64,000 nt of DNA from an uncultured Poribacteria bacterium (GCA_958296135.2 CATQHZ020000002.1:64001-128000); one strand, 5' to 3'. Shown: positions 1 to 9,666, numbered from the stretch's first letter. Notes: a model not told the origin generated them from the letters alone. Translations and numbers: made by a program.

Positions 1-595
1 TATAGAATGCTAGTTCATCATAAGTCGCTTGTCGTTCTAATTGCCGTTCAAGCTCTTCCCTGATCCGTGGCAACTTAGCTTGTAGCATTTGCTTATGATA
101 AGCTAATCGAACTACAGGACCACCATTTGTGACTAACTGCTGGATCTCGGTAAACATATGCATTTGAGCCCAGTAAGGAAAGTCTTTATCCTCATTGATT
201 GTCCATTTTTCAAGAGCTGTATAGATCCCCAAAATTCCTTCATGGATTAGATCCACGCTATCAATTGGAAACCGTTCTGTTGCCCAACGGAATCGATTAG
301 CAGTCTTGGCTGCCAACCTATATAGGAACAGGACAAGTAACTCTCGACTTTCCTCAGATCCCATCTGAGCGTCCATAGCCAGATCATTTATTGCTTTCGG
401 ATCGATTACCGGATGTAACCACGGTTTGGAGTCCGCTCCACTATAACCCAAAAGCGTCCATAACAACTCATAAGGATTGTCATAATCTAACCTATTGAAA
501 TCGGCGAAGTCCCGAATCTCCATATGATGTTTAGTCACATAATCAGGATCTAATTTTAACCAATTTCGCATGCCATCATAACCACCTTGAATCAT
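1..595 (-). CDS. Phage sigma70-family RNA polymerase sigma factor #2 (partial, runs off window start; absent from ORF track)
   Basis: Manual translation from ATG at 595: MIQGGYDG...AQMGSEESRELLVLFLYRLAAKTANRF...DLIHEGILGIYTALEKW...FPYWAQMHMFTEIQQLV...VVRL...IREELERQLERQATYDELA, matching sigma regions 2.1-3.0. Open to position 1; GGGAG SD upstream. Confidence 0.8.
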   Translation of the reverse strand, partial: MIQGGYDGMRNWLKLDPDYVTKHHMEIRDFADFNRLDYDNPYELLWTLLGYSGADSKPWLHPVIDPKAINDLAMDAQMGSEESRELLVLFLYRLAAKTANRFRWATERFPIDSVDLIHEGILGIYTALEKWTINEDKDFPYWAQMHMFTEIQQLVTNGGPVVRLAYHKQMLQAKLPRIREELERQLERQATYDELAFY

Positions 596-665
596 TTTTT
601 TATGCTCCCATTGAACGGAGACCTTTCGGTTCCATATTTAATTAAAATTTAAGTTCATTGTCCTT

Positions 666-726
666 TATATATAATATAGGCGATTTGGAGCGGTTATCAG
701 ATCAGACAACCGATAAATTTTCGCCC
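666..726 (-). promoter_or_regulatory. Class A promoter/operator motif, copy 1
   Basis: Plus strand TATATATAATATAGGCGATTTGG-N4-GTTATCAGATCAGACAACCGATAAATTTTCGCC; 5 intergenic copies, each upstream of a minus-strand gene. Confidence 0.75.
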
Positions 727-756
727 AAGACAACCGCTCTGGCTGATGGTTTGGAT

Positions 757-1368
757 CTACTCCGGCTTAGATACAAGGATCGCAACCGGTTCTGGTTTAC
801 TTCGATATCCATTACGTTCCCGCAATGCTGTATTGACGCTGACAGAACTAACATTATAGATCTTAGAAATCTTATTACCACTCATTCCTTGTTCTTCATG
901 CATCCGATACCATTCTTCTTTCATCTCATCGGTTATTTTTTTCTTGCGACCGGTTTTCTTTGGTATACGTGCCAGGGCTTGTTTGCGAAGTTCATCAATC
1001 CCCTCGACCTCAGTATATTTTTCCTGAGCCAAGATCGATTGCAACAATTGGGTTGTAAGCCGTAACTCAAATTCTTGATAGACTTTGTAAAGCAATTGGA
1101 TAGGAGACTGTCCAGCCTCAATAAACTGCTTATGAATAAACACAATGATATCGTCAGAAAGTCTGGTTCTGCCTCTTGGTTTTGGTTTCAGTAAGAACTC
1201 CACACCTTCTACTTGCTGTGGATAAACATAGGACTTCTTACTTTTATGTAATTCAAGCAACTCTTTTGTTTTGCTAATCGACTTCGAACTCGCCGGATCT
1301 AGTTCAATTGTTTGATCATGAACTAGACCAGTATCGGTGACGTTAAAAACCTTAAATGCTAACATCAT
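757..1368 (-). CDS. Putative DNA-binding protein with two HTH-like domains (paralog of 1389-1985)
   Basis: KPKPRGRTRLSDD linker and C-terminal GMSGNKISKIYNVSSVSVNTALR HTH; start moved to ATG after AAGGAGG. Confidence 0.6.
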   Translation of the reverse strand: MMLAFKVFNVTDTGLVHDQTIELDPASSKSISKTKELLELHKSKKSYVYPQQVEGVEFLLKPKPRGRTRLSDDIIVFIHKQFIEAGQSPIQLLYKVYQEFELRLTTQLLQSILAQEKYTEVEGIDELRKQALARIPKKTGRKKKITDEMKEEWYRMHEEQGMSGNKISKIYNVSSVSVNTALRERNGYRSKPEPVAILVSKPE

Positions 1369-1388
1369 AACCTCCTTACAGATCATGA

Positions 1389-1985
1389 TTATCGATTATG
1401 TTTTGTTCGAACTCCATTTGCTTCAATAAACCCAAGTTGACTCCTTAACATTTTATTAATTGCTGTATCAGAATAATTAAATTCATCCATTCTGGATATT
1501 TCCCGACCACTTAACCCGTTACCACCATCATGCAATGCCAGGATCTTTACTTTATCCTCTTCAGATATTGGGTTTCTTTTCTTGCGGACTACTTTTCGGT
1601 TATCAACTCCCTCGATTAACTCATCAGGCACAGCTACATCAGCATATGTTTTGCGAGCTAATACGTTTGCAACGGACTCAGCCGATACTACAATTTGATT
1701 TTCTTTATGCAACCGAGATCCAATGATGAAAGGACTTAATCCTTCATTAGATCTAAGTTCAAAGATCTTTATTACAAGATCATCAGATAACTTAGCGGCT
1801 CCACGTCGTTTTGGCTTAATGAGTGGCCAGATATGATCTTCATACATTGGCCACACATAATACTTCTTATCCTTTTCCAGATCGCGAACTTTCTTTAAGG
1901 ACTCTGTATCGCTTTCCTCAAACTCAAGTTCCTGATCCAATACAACTTCTTGTCCATCAAACCGGTAAACGTGATACTTAAGCAT
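1389..1985 (-). CDS. Putative DNA-binding protein with two HTH-like domains (paralog of 757-1368)
   Basis: KPKRRGAAKLSDD linker and GLSGREISRMDEFNYSDTAINKMLR HTH; colinear similarity to neighbour. Confidence 0.6.
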   Translation of the reverse strand: MLKYHVYRFDGQEVVLDQELEFEESDTESLKKVRDLEKDKKYYVWPMYEDHIWPLIKPKRRGAAKLSDDLVIKIFELRSNEGLSPFIIGSRLHKENQIVVSAESVANVLARKTYADVAVPDELIEGVDNRKVVRKKRNPISEEDKVKILALHDGGNGLSGREISRMDEFNYSDTAINKMLRSQLGFIEANGVRTKHNR

Positions 1986-2415
1986 TTTTGATCCTCTCTG
2001 TAATTTCTATATGGTTTCGCAACCGATCCAAATCGTAAGATGCATGATCCAATTCGTTATATGCCTTTATTCCTACAATCTGCGATATGGCTGTCCGAAT
2101 AACGCCTTCGATTTCGCGTTGCATTATCGGTAAATTAAGAGACGGAGACATCGTTGCTCCATAAAAGCGCATGACTAATTTAATGTCCGGAACGCAATTC
2201 CGTAAGATCTTCCTGACTGGTTCATCTTTCAATATTGTGAAATCGACTCCAGCCGTTACCGGAGATTGAATATTTGTCATAATAAGAATGAAAGGATCCC
2301 ATTCTTCGCCGGTCTCCTTAACTTCTTTATGATGAAATTCATATCCCGCTATAATGTTCTTGGCTGCCGATTCAATGCTTTGATTTAAGGTCTCGATCAA
2401 CTTTTGGTTCAACAT
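1978..2415 (-). CDS. Hypothetical protein
   Basis: 145-aa ORF, GGAGG SD, first gene after class A motif. Confidence 0.6.
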   Translation of the reverse strand: MLNQKLIETLNQSIESAAKNIIAGYEFHHKEVKETGEEWDPFILIMTNIQSPVTAGVDFTILKDEPVRKILRNCVPDIKLVMRFYGATMSPSLNLPIMQREIEGVIRTAISQIVGIKAYNELDHASYDLDRLRNHIEITERIKNA

Positions 2416-2455
2416 TTTAAATCCTCCATTATGCTTAATTTTAATTCATTTCTCC

Positions 2456-2515
2456 TATATATAATATAGGCGATTTGGCCCTGTTATCAGATCAGACAAC
2501 CGATAAATTTTCGCC
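2456..2515 (-). promoter_or_regulatory. Class A promoter/operator motif, copy 2
   Basis: Near-identical to copy 1. Confidence 0.75.
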
Positions 2516-2557
2516 ATAGACTGAGACAGGCTGTTCAGTGACAACCAACCGCCCTAC

Positions 2558-3406
2558 TCATATCTTAAATCCCATTTGGTCGAGAATATCTTTCAATTCT
2601 GGATCTTTCTTTGCAGCAATCTTAATTTTTTTAATAGCATTAAGTTTAATGATTGATACAGCTTGAGTGGTAAGATTAAGTTCTTCTCCAATTTCTCTTC
2701 CGCTTAATCCATCTCGAACTCGTTCTAGTACGAACCTTTCTCGATCATCTAATGATTTCATAACATAATTCAATAGATCTTTTAATTCGATCTCGTTAAT
2801 CTGAGATTTTTGACGTGGATCTTCTATTGTTTCCTGAAGTTCAACCATTGAATCTTCAAATACTGGTTTATTTAAACTTTGAGCTGATCCAGCAAACTCA
2901 AGCAACCCTACATATTCTCGCAATGTAAGCTTAGATTTGTAAGATTTCTGAAACTCTTTATGATTTTTAATAACCTCAGGGTTCTCCATAAGTTCATCTG
3001 TTGTAGCTTCTCGCCCAAGTTTTTCTTCAATCGAAGACTTAATCCGCAACAATTTTAATAGAGCATATGTTTGTGGTTCCGGCAATCTGATTATATGCCG
3101 ACTTTTATTAAGATATCTTAACATTTGCTGCTGAATTGCTTTTGGAGCATAAGTTCTTAACCTAGCTCTATTGATATCATATTTATCCACAGCTCGAATA
3201 AGCCCTATAAATCCTTCTTGAACCAAATCTTCATACGATCCATAACCGGAATATTCTGTTGCCATTTTAAGAACTAAATATTTATGTCCCATTATTAAAT
3301 CATCTCTTGCTAATTCGTCACCATCTTTCATTTTTTCATAAAGATCTTGTTCTTGTTCTTTGCTTATATAGATTTTAGTTTCCATATAATTCATAACTTG
3401 ATTCAT
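2558..3406 (-). CDS. Phage sigma70-family RNA polymerase sigma factor #1
   Basis: GDELARDDLI, EDLVQEGFIGLIRAVDKYD, RLRTYA, IIRLP, LGREAT, SLNKPV, region 4 HTH SGREIGEELNLTTQAVSII; start after AAGGAG. Confidence 0.9.
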   Translation of the reverse strand: MNQVMNYMETKIYISKEQEQDLYEKMKDGDELARDDLIMGHKYLVLKMATEYSGYGSYEDLVQEGFIGLIRAVDKYDINRARLRTYAPKAIQQQMLRYLNKSRHIIRLPEPQTYALLKLLRIKSSIEEKLGREATTDELMENPEVIKNHKEFQKSYKSKLTLREYVGLLEFAGSAQSLNKPVFEDSMVELQETIEDPRQKSQINEIELKDLLNYVMKSLDDRERFVLERVRDGLSGREIGEELNLTTQAVSIIKLNAIKKIKIAAKKDPELKDILDQMGFKI

Positions 3407-3407
3407 A

Positions 3408-3647
3408 TTAGGTCTCCTTAAGTTTGTATAACCATTTATCTGTATCTCCATCATGAAATAACTCTAGTTTGCCACCAACGGTTAACTTCCATGATGCTCT
3501 TGCCGTAATATCTCCTTCACGCATCATTCTTGCGGTCTCAACTACTCCTCCCTTGTCTCGAATGAAGTCTAGAATTATAGTGTCTATTTCTTCTCTAGAC
3601 TTATCTTTATACAAAGAATCTAGTTTAATTACTCGATCATCGATCAT
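3408..3647 (-). CDS. Small hypothetical protein, possibly winged-helix
   Basis: 79-aa ORF translationally coupled to neighbours. Confidence 0.5.
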   Translation of the reverse strand: MIDDRVIKLDSLYKDKSREEIDTIILDFIRDKGGVVETARMMREGDITARASWKLTVGGKLELFHDGDTDKWLYKLKET

Positions 3648-4087
3648 TCTTCATCTCCATATTTTTCTTTAAGATCTTCAAGTTCCACAAGAGCATCGTC
3701 AAGATCGAACGAAACGTGCAATAGAGAACTTTTTAATTCTTCGATCGACTCCCTTGCCAATAGTAATTCTTCATAATATTCATCACGTTCGCCTTCCATA
3801 ATCGATAATTCATCTTCCATACTTTCATAGTTATCTTTAATGTCTTCAAGTTGGCTTTCAAGATCATCAATTTCTTCATACGGATCAACTGAATTACCAG
3901 ATTGGTCAACTTTTTCATACGTTTTATGAAAGATTTCTGGTTTACATGGATACTTTTCGCCATTTACACCAATTATTAGATAGTCTCCAACTTCACCACG
4001 CATGGTTCCTTCTAAGGTTTCTATGTGGATAACTTCTTTTATCTCTTTAGCTTGAACTACTACTGGTTTCTTTCTATATAATTCCAT
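3644..4087 (-). CDS. Conserved phage protein (YRKKPVV...TLEG...GDY...YPCKPEIF family) fused to an acidic coiled coil
   Basis: Widespread phage motif set in the first 60 aa; Glu/Asp-rich heptad tail. Confidence 0.7.
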   Translation of the reverse strand: MELYRKKPVVVQAKEIKEVIHIETLEGTMRGEVGDYLIIGVNGEKYPCKPEIFHKTYEKVDQSGNSVDPYEEIDDLESQLEDIKDNYESMEDELSIMEGERDEYYEELLLARESIEELKSSLLHVSFDLDDALVELEDLKEKYGDEE

Positions 4088-4455
4088 TACAAATACGCTC
4101 CATATGATTCTTTTTTAGTAATCTGAACTGCTAGATCACCAATTTCAATTTGTCTTTTATTTTTAAATTCATCTTTCGCATTTACTCCAGAATGCCGAAA
4201 TGCCCAATATTGATAAAGTGCTTGTTCCGGTTTTGCCAAAGATGTTTTTTCGTTAACTTCAATAACTTCAATAATGTCTTTTTCAATACGAACTATATCA
4301 AGAGGATCTTTTGAGTCAGGATCAAGTATCTCTTCTGATCCATAAACAGTAAACATCATTCTATTTTTAATTCCATCACTAGATCCTTTATTTAGAATAA
4401 GTGTATGCCCATAAATTCCTGCAATTTTAGCTTCATTCATATATTTAGACCGCAT
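4087..4455 (-). CDS. FlgT C-terminal-like domain protein
   Basis: [11 protein letters not shown]...FTVYG..EILDPD..IEVIEV pattern. Confidence 0.45.
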   Translation of the reverse strand: MRSKYMNEAKIAGIYGHTLILNKGSSDGIKNRMMFTVYGSEEILDPDSKDPLDIVRIEKDIIEVIEVNEKTSLAKPEQALYQYWAFRHSGVNAKDEFKNKRQIEIGDLAVQITKKESYGAYL

Positions 4456-4837
4456 ATCTGTATGGAACTTTGACGCAATTATCTTCTACTGCATAAAGTT
4501 CAATAACCTTTTCAAAATTTATAAGTTTTTTAATATGATTCTTAGACTTTAACCCATCAAACCGATCATGAATTTGGCTTTCTGTTAAATCCATAAATTT
4601 ATCTACATCAAGCTCTCGTCTCGGGTCACAGTATAACCACAACCATGATAAATGCAACAATTCTAAATCATCTGGGGTTACATGTCGCTCACTTAAATAC
4701 CTATAAATGTCTATACCTCTTCCTTCAAGAGCTCGTTGCTCCACACTGGAACGTGACTCGTTTTTCTTACGAGCCACTTTGTTCTTTTTTGATAAATCGC
4801 TACTAATTGCCATATTACCCTCCAGCTTTGACAGCAC
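4445..4837 (-). CDS. Hypothetical protein
   Basis: ORF overlapping both neighbours in the operon. Confidence 0.5.
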   Translation of the reverse strand: MLSKLEGNMAISSDLSKKNKVARKKNESRSSVEQRALEGRGIDIYRYLSERHVTPDDLELLHLSWLWLYCDPRRELDVDKFMDLTESQIHDRFDGLKSKNHIKKLINFEKVIELYAVEDNCVKVPYRYAV

Positions 4838-5036
4838 CCATTACTACTATTTCTAGTGGGTATCCATCAAATGATCGTTGAATGTCCAATCTTTTCGCTA
4901 ACGCCGAATTTTCATTGTCGACGTAAACCTTTAGAACTGGTTTACCGGTTTCATTCCCAACACCAACTCCAACAAATCCATCTTCATCACCATAATAGTG
5001 AACAAATAATTGTTTTGCTTTATTAATTTCCATCAT
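4815..5036 (-). CDS. Small protein resembling an isolated protease propeptide-like domain
   Basis: VGVGVG...LKVYV...DGYPLEIVVMG pattern; GGAGG SD. Confidence 0.4.
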   Translation of the reverse strand: MMEINKAKQLFVHYYGDEDGFVGVGVGNETGKPVLKVYVDNENSALAKRLDIQRSFDGYPLEIVVMGAVKAGG

Positions 5037-5045
5037 GTGCCTCCA

Positions 5046-5795
5046 TTAACTCTGATCACCATAATAATCAAAGTAGTTACGTGCCGTTTCTCGTAATCTT
5101 AGCCTATACAACCTAGAACTATCATTATCGAATTGATCTACAAGCTCTTCCCACAAGAATCGAATAAAGTTCTCGGTTGTAGCATTTTCTCGAATTACTT
5201 CATTAAGAACTCTGTTTCTAAGTGGTTCTAGAACTTTTTCTACAGTTTCATCCATAAACTCTGGACTAATAACCGTTCCATGAAGCGGATCCAGAGTTCC
5301 TCTTACAGAAACCGATAAGATATACTCATGACCGTGAAGTGTATTACACTTACCGTAAAGTTCGACATTTTCTTCAACAATTAAATCATCATTATTAGTT
5401 CTGTGAGCAGCATTAAAAGTATAAGTTCGTGTAGTATCCATAAAGTTGTTATCCCCAGCATCATGCCATACGTTTTTATTTTCATGCAATCTAATTCTTC
5501 TGACTAACCCATAATTCAATCTTATTGATTCCCATAACTTAGCAGCCAATACCGAAAACGAATAGTCAATTGTTTTATGGTCAAAATTTTCTAGTATTTT
5601 ATTAATGTCAGCGTCTAAAAGGCCTAAATCCATTATCATATGTGATCTTGGATCTCTTGTTCCGCAAATTTCTACTAGGAGTTCGCAATTTCGACCATCA
5701 TATAACTGATCGCAATCCCGCTTATCCCAAATTTCATCGTCAATTCTTCGTCTACTTGCTATCTCAAATCTATAAGACCTAGTTCCATAATTCAT
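5046..5795 (-). CDS. queD: 6-carboxytetrahydropterin synthase, tandem two-domain form
   Basis: C-domain FNAAHR...YGKCNTLHGHEY...TTEN...LRET; N-domain is a degenerate copy. Confidence 0.85.
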   Translation of the reverse strand: MNYGTRSYRFEIASRRRIDDEIWDKRDCDQLYDGRNCELLVEICGTRDPRSHMIMDLGLLDADINKILENFDHKTIDYSFSVLAAKLWESIRLNYGLVRRIRLHENKNVWHDAGDNNFMDTTRTYTFNAAHRTNNDDLIVEENVELYGKCNTLHGHEYILSVSVRGTLDPLHGTVISPEFMDETVEKVLEPLRNRVLNEVIRENATTENFIRFLWEELVDQFDNDSSRLYRLRLRETARNYFDYYGDQS

Positions 5796-6049
5796 AGTTT
5801 ACCTCTTGTTATTTCCAATATATTGTAATAATTCGTCTGATTTGGGAACACTTTTCATACAACGACTTGTTTTTTAAAAAGCCTGCTACCTCCCTCAGCC
5901 ACAAAGGAAAGATAGGTATGATAAAAAACACCTCGCTGCACGAAAACTTTTCAAATTTCTGGAGAAAATTTTCACGAAATCGGGTTAACGCCAACTAAAA
6001 AACCGTTGATTTTGGAGTTAACTCCGAATTTTTTCATGAAAAAAGCACC

Positions 6050-6492
6050 GGCAACCCCTCGAGCGCAAAGTGGCTGCAAGTTCGAAGCAAGTTGGAGCCT
6101 TGCAATCCACAAGTCCGCTAAGTTTCATAGTATATTTATAGTAGGTATATATATTATATTATATATATTTCTTATGCTTGTGGGCTCCTCTTACCCAAAC
6201 CCCAGCCGCTGGGGGATATAGGAAAAACTTAGAAAACTTAGCGAACTTGTGCGGCTGAGGGCTGCAACTTGCACCACGACTTGCAACAACTTAGCGAACT
6301 TGTGCGGCTGAGGGGTTCGCAAGGATTTTAACCCAAACGCCCAAAACCAACCTTTATTTTGTGACTAAACGGATATCCAGATTGCTCCCAAACGCCCATA
6401 AAAATCGCTTAAATGGCGTTATATGGGGTTTTGGGAGACCAATTAGGATAAGGGGAGGGGAGACAGCCAGGAGCCGTCTTAAATCGACGATT
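6050..6492. repeat. Origin-like element copy 1: inverted AAGTT/AACTT iteron arrays around an AT-rich core
   Basis: AAGT(T) repeats at 6076-6125, (TA)n core at 6127-6170, (A)ACTT repeats at 6226-6301; shares long blocks with 52110-52730. Confidence 0.7.
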
Positions 6493-6493
6493 T

Positions 6494-9118
6494 TTAGGAT
6501 AATTCGCCTTCGCTTGATAAATTTTTAAACGAATAAGCGTTCTTATTATCCTTCTTACCATTCGTGACTAATTTCCAGTGTCCAAAGACTTTATCAACAT
6601 TCGCTCTAAAATAAAGTCCAAGGTTTCGCCTTCGAGCATTCTCATGATAACTTTCGCTACCTTTGAACCAAGATCCAAGTAAATTATCATCTTCTTCACC
6701 ATCACGAAATGATGCTATATCAAATACATCTGACACTGTCCATGATTCTTCATTAAACTGATGAATAACTTTATCGCGAAAAATACACCAATCGCTAAAT
6801 TCTGGATTAGCTTTTATGCGAGCTTCAGTATCATTATTCAAAAATTGCTGTAATGGTCTTATTGGATTACCTAATTCATCATTAACTTCATAATCAATAT
6901 TAGTATCAAGCATCTGAAATATACCACTCATATATTTCGCCCAAACATTAGATCTATGTTTCGCCCGACCTCTTTGTTTTCCATTATTAATCCATTCTGT
7001 TACAATAGCATAAACTGCTGAAAATAATACTTCTCGATTCTTAATCGTATCGCTTAAAATCGATTCTGTTTTAAATTCTCGTTCAGCAACTCTCTGTTCT
7101 GCGTCAAGCCTAATAAAACAAGCTCTATCAACAAGATCAGCATTAGCATCAACGTTATTTCCAGTCAATATGTAAGTCGCAGTATTATCAGCTCGAATCA
7201 TTTTACTTTTACCAAGAATTCTAAATCGAATTGTTGGTTCACTAATAGCAGATGCCAAAGAACTGCTAGCTACGATGACCTGTTCTGTAATGTTATCAAG
7301 AACTACAACCTCTGTCCCAAGAATAAGTTCAGCACCAATAGCCTTTCTAATTTCCTCTTCATTTGTGGGCAACTGGGTACTTCCGGCAGGTTCGCCAGTA
7401 ATGACTGCAGAAAGAATCTGTGCAAGAGTTGATTTGCCAGCTCCTTGACTATTAGCAGTAATAATAAACAGTGGAGGCAATTCTCCTTCTGGAAGTGCTG
7501 GTCGAACAAGCATAGTAATTAAAAGAGCGATCGTATTACAAAGATCGGAATAATCTTTAAACGGAAAATCAGCCAACCACTCACCTAAAGTATTGTAAGC
7601 TGTTTCAATACTCATATCCTGAACTTCTACTAATTTACTCGGTTCTAAATACATCTGAGATTCTTTATGATATCCAGGTTCATTAATAATCTCCCAACTT
7701 TTAGTCACAATTGGATGATTAATAATCTGTATTAAATATGGAATTTTATCCAAATTTTGATGATGAATAATATCAGATCCGATGCTAGTTGGTGGTTCTG
7801 GTAAAAGAACTTCGCTAACCATATCTTCTTTCTTTGTCAATCTATAAAAACTAGCAATTCTATTTAGAGCTCCTTTAATATCTTCCCGAGTAAACTGTTC
7901 AAAAATACTAGATGTAACTTCTTTACTATAATCTTCACTAACACGTTTCATCTCGGTACTATACCTGATACGTCCCAATTGATTTTCTTTTACAAAGATC
8001 TTAACTATATTAGGATCTTCTTTTTCTATTAATCTCATAACTTCAGTAGCCACTTCATTTGATTTACGTGGCTCAATTATATCATCATCTGTTAAACCAT
8101 ATGTATAAACGCTTGGTAATATTTTCTGTTTTTGTTTCGCATTTTCTTTCATAACTTTTTTAACCGGTTTTGTTTTAATTTCTTCTTTCGGCTGAAAGAC
8201 TTGATTACAATAATCAATTGCTCTTTGAATACTAGTTTCAATATACGTTTCTCCTTTTTCCTCACGATAAAGACCACTTTCTTCAAACAGGCGTTTCATT
8301 TGATCTGCATTCTTTCCAGTATAGAACGCAAGCATATTTAGAAACGCTAAATCAGCACTACTTTGACTCTTACCATAATCCTTCCAATTACCACTAAACA
8401 GATCTTGAAATTTATCTCCATTAGATGCACTAGTGGCTATTTTAAGAACTGTATTATCATCTAAATATTCATAATTACTAATTACTTGTGACCTTTTCTT
8501 TCTTTTCTTAATCCCAAACGAATCAATAATACTTTTGCAGGCTTGTTTAACAGCATCTCTATGATGCCCATTACTAAAATCAGGTTGACAACTAGAAATT
8601 TTATCTCCTGTAGTTGCGAAAATTCTATTTCCATGATAAAATTCTATTGCCGCTCCCGAATTATCTTTCCATTCCTTCTTAAATCCAGACTTCGCACTTG
8701 TAATAGTTCGTTTTAGTTCAACAAATTCATTATCGTCAAGTAACTCTTCCGTCCATAAAATAGCATGAATCCCAGTTCCGGAAGGTGAAAACTCTACATA
8801 AGCACCATTTTCTAGTAAAAGCTCTATGATCCGCTTACTTGGTTCATGCCATCTATCTGTTTTCTTATCATATACATTATCAAAATCGAATCCTGTCCAA
8901 CTATCACCTAAAGCGAACGAAACCCCATCAAACTTAAATAATTTCCGAGCTGAATTCGCCTGACCAAACGAGCTCCATGTGTCAGGATTGCTATGTGATG
9001 CTGATTTATTTTGAACAGTCTTTGGTACATTATTATATTTACCCTTTCTTTTCTCTTTCCTCCAACATACCCATCTATTTGCTTTCCTCATTTCTATTGG
9101 AATAGCTTCATAATTCAC
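6494..9118 (-). CDS. NrS-1-like primase-polymerase fused to a P-loop helicase
   Basis: RWVCWR, GFDFD, EFSPSGTGIHA, IEFYHG, SQSSADLAFLNMLAFY; Walker A NSQGAGKST and Walker B VVVLDN. True start is GTG at 9118 after GGAGG (the ORF-track start lies inside a tRNA). Confidence 0.85.
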   Translation of the reverse strand: MNYEAIPIEMRKANRWVCWRKEKRKGKYNNVPKTVQNKSASHSNPDTWSSFGQANSARKLFKFDGVSFALGDSWTGFDFDNVYDKKTDRWHEPSKRIIELLLENGAYVEFSPSGTGIHAILWTEELLDDNEFVELKRTITSAKSGFKKEWKDNSGAAIEFYHGNRIFATTGDKISSCQPDFSNGHHRDAVKQACKSIIDSFGIKKRKKRSQVISNYEYLDDNTVLKIATSASNGDKFQDLFSGNWKDYGKSQSSADLAFLNMLAFYTGKNADQMKRLFEESGLYREEKGETYIETSIQRAIDYCNQVFQPKEEIKTKPVKKVMKENAKQKQKILPSVYTYGLTDDDIIEPRKSNEVATEVMRLIEKEDPNIVKIFVKENQLGRIRYSTEMKRVSEDYSKEVTSSIFEQFTREDIKGALNRIASFYRLTKKEDMVSEVLLPEPPTSIGSDIIHHQNLDKIPYLIQIINHPIVTKSWEIINEPGYHKESQMYLEPSKLVEVQDMSIETAYNTLGEWLADFPFKDYSDLCNTIALLITMLVRPALPEGELPPLFIITANSQGAGKSTLAQILSAVITGEPAGSTQLPTNEEEIRKAIGAELILGTEVVVLDNITEQVIVASSSLASAISEPTIRFRILGKSKMIRADNTATYILTGNNVDANADLVDRACFIRLDAEQRVAEREFKTESILSDTIKNREVLFSAVYAIVTEWINNGKQRGRAKHRSNVWAKYMSGIFQMLDTNIDYEVNDELGNPIRPLQQFLNNDTEARIKANPEFSDWCIFRDKVIHQFNEESWTVSDVFDIASFRDGEEDDNLLGSWFKGSESYHENARRRNLGLYFRANVDKVFGHWKLVTNGKKDNKNAYSFKNLSSEGELS

Positions 9119-9147
9119 ATTTTTACCTCCACCATAAAAATAAAAAA

Positions 9148-9230
9148 TGCCGGCGGATGGAATCGAACCATCAATGTCCCGAAGGACCACGGATTTACAG
9201 TCCGCTGCCTTACCAATTGGCTACACCGAC
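9148..9230 (-). tRNA. tRNA-Tyr (GTA)
   Basis: GTCGGTG...GCGGA CTGTAAA TCCGT, long variable arm GTCCTTCGGGAC, GGTTCGATTCC, CGCCGGC A; CCA not encoded. Confidence 0.95.
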
Positions 9231-9275
9231 ATTAGAATAACATTATTAAATAGAGTACCAGGATTTTTTGAAAAC

Positions 9276-9608
9276 TTAACTTTTATCTCGCGTTTCTTTA
9301 AGCAATCCTGCTATAAACTCGTCAAAACCCTCTACATTTTGTTCGACAAATACAACTCTAATATATTCTACAAATTCTACCATCGGATCGTTATCTTTGA
9401 CCTTGACCAACTCAAACAATCTTTCAAGTTCTCTAATAACTTTAATTATTTGTTGTTTGCCAGCAACGCTATACCATCTTTGCGTTAAATGCTCATAAAT
9501 TTCGCGATATTCTTTTACCCGATCTTCATGATAGTCAATTTTTTCGTTTGCGGCTTCAATTTGTTGCGTTATATCGTCGATCTTAACCTTAAGTTTTTTG
9601 CTATCCAC
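9276..9608 (-). CDS. Hypothetical coiled-coil protein
   Basis: GTG start after GGAGG, first gene after class B motif. Confidence 0.6.
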   Translation of the reverse strand: MDSKKLKVKIDDITQQIEAANEKIDYHEDRVKEYREIYEHLTQRWYSVAGKQQIIKVIRELERLFELVKVKDNDPMVEFVEYIRVVFVEQNVEGFDEFIAGLLKETRDKS

Positions 9609-9631
9609 TTTTCGGTCCTCCTGTCTACCTT

Positions 9632-9666
9632 TAAAATATTAAATTTTCAACCCAATTTAAATCCAA
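9632..9666 (-). promoter_or_regulatory. Class B promoter motif, copy 1
   Basis: Plus strand TAAAATATTAAATTTTCAA-N6-TTAAATCCAA; 10 intergenic copies. Confidence 0.8.

Noticed and set aside
5809-6221. ORFs 5809-5994 and 6006-6221 (also 52212-52629)
   Set aside because: They lie in or beside the repeated non-coding element and their reading frames are not conserved between copies
6050-6320. Possible CRISPR or mini-array in the iteron region
   Set aside because: Repeats are short, overlapping and inverted with no unique 30-40 bp spacers, and no cas genes are present
9119-9190. ORF-track N-terminal extension of the primase
   Set aside because: It overlaps tRNA-Tyr; GTG at 9118 has a GGAGG SD
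9148-9230. tRNA or tmRNA as a prophage attachment site
   Set aside because: No integrase, no duplicated 3' end and no host-like flanking genes; the RNA genes follow phage class B motifs
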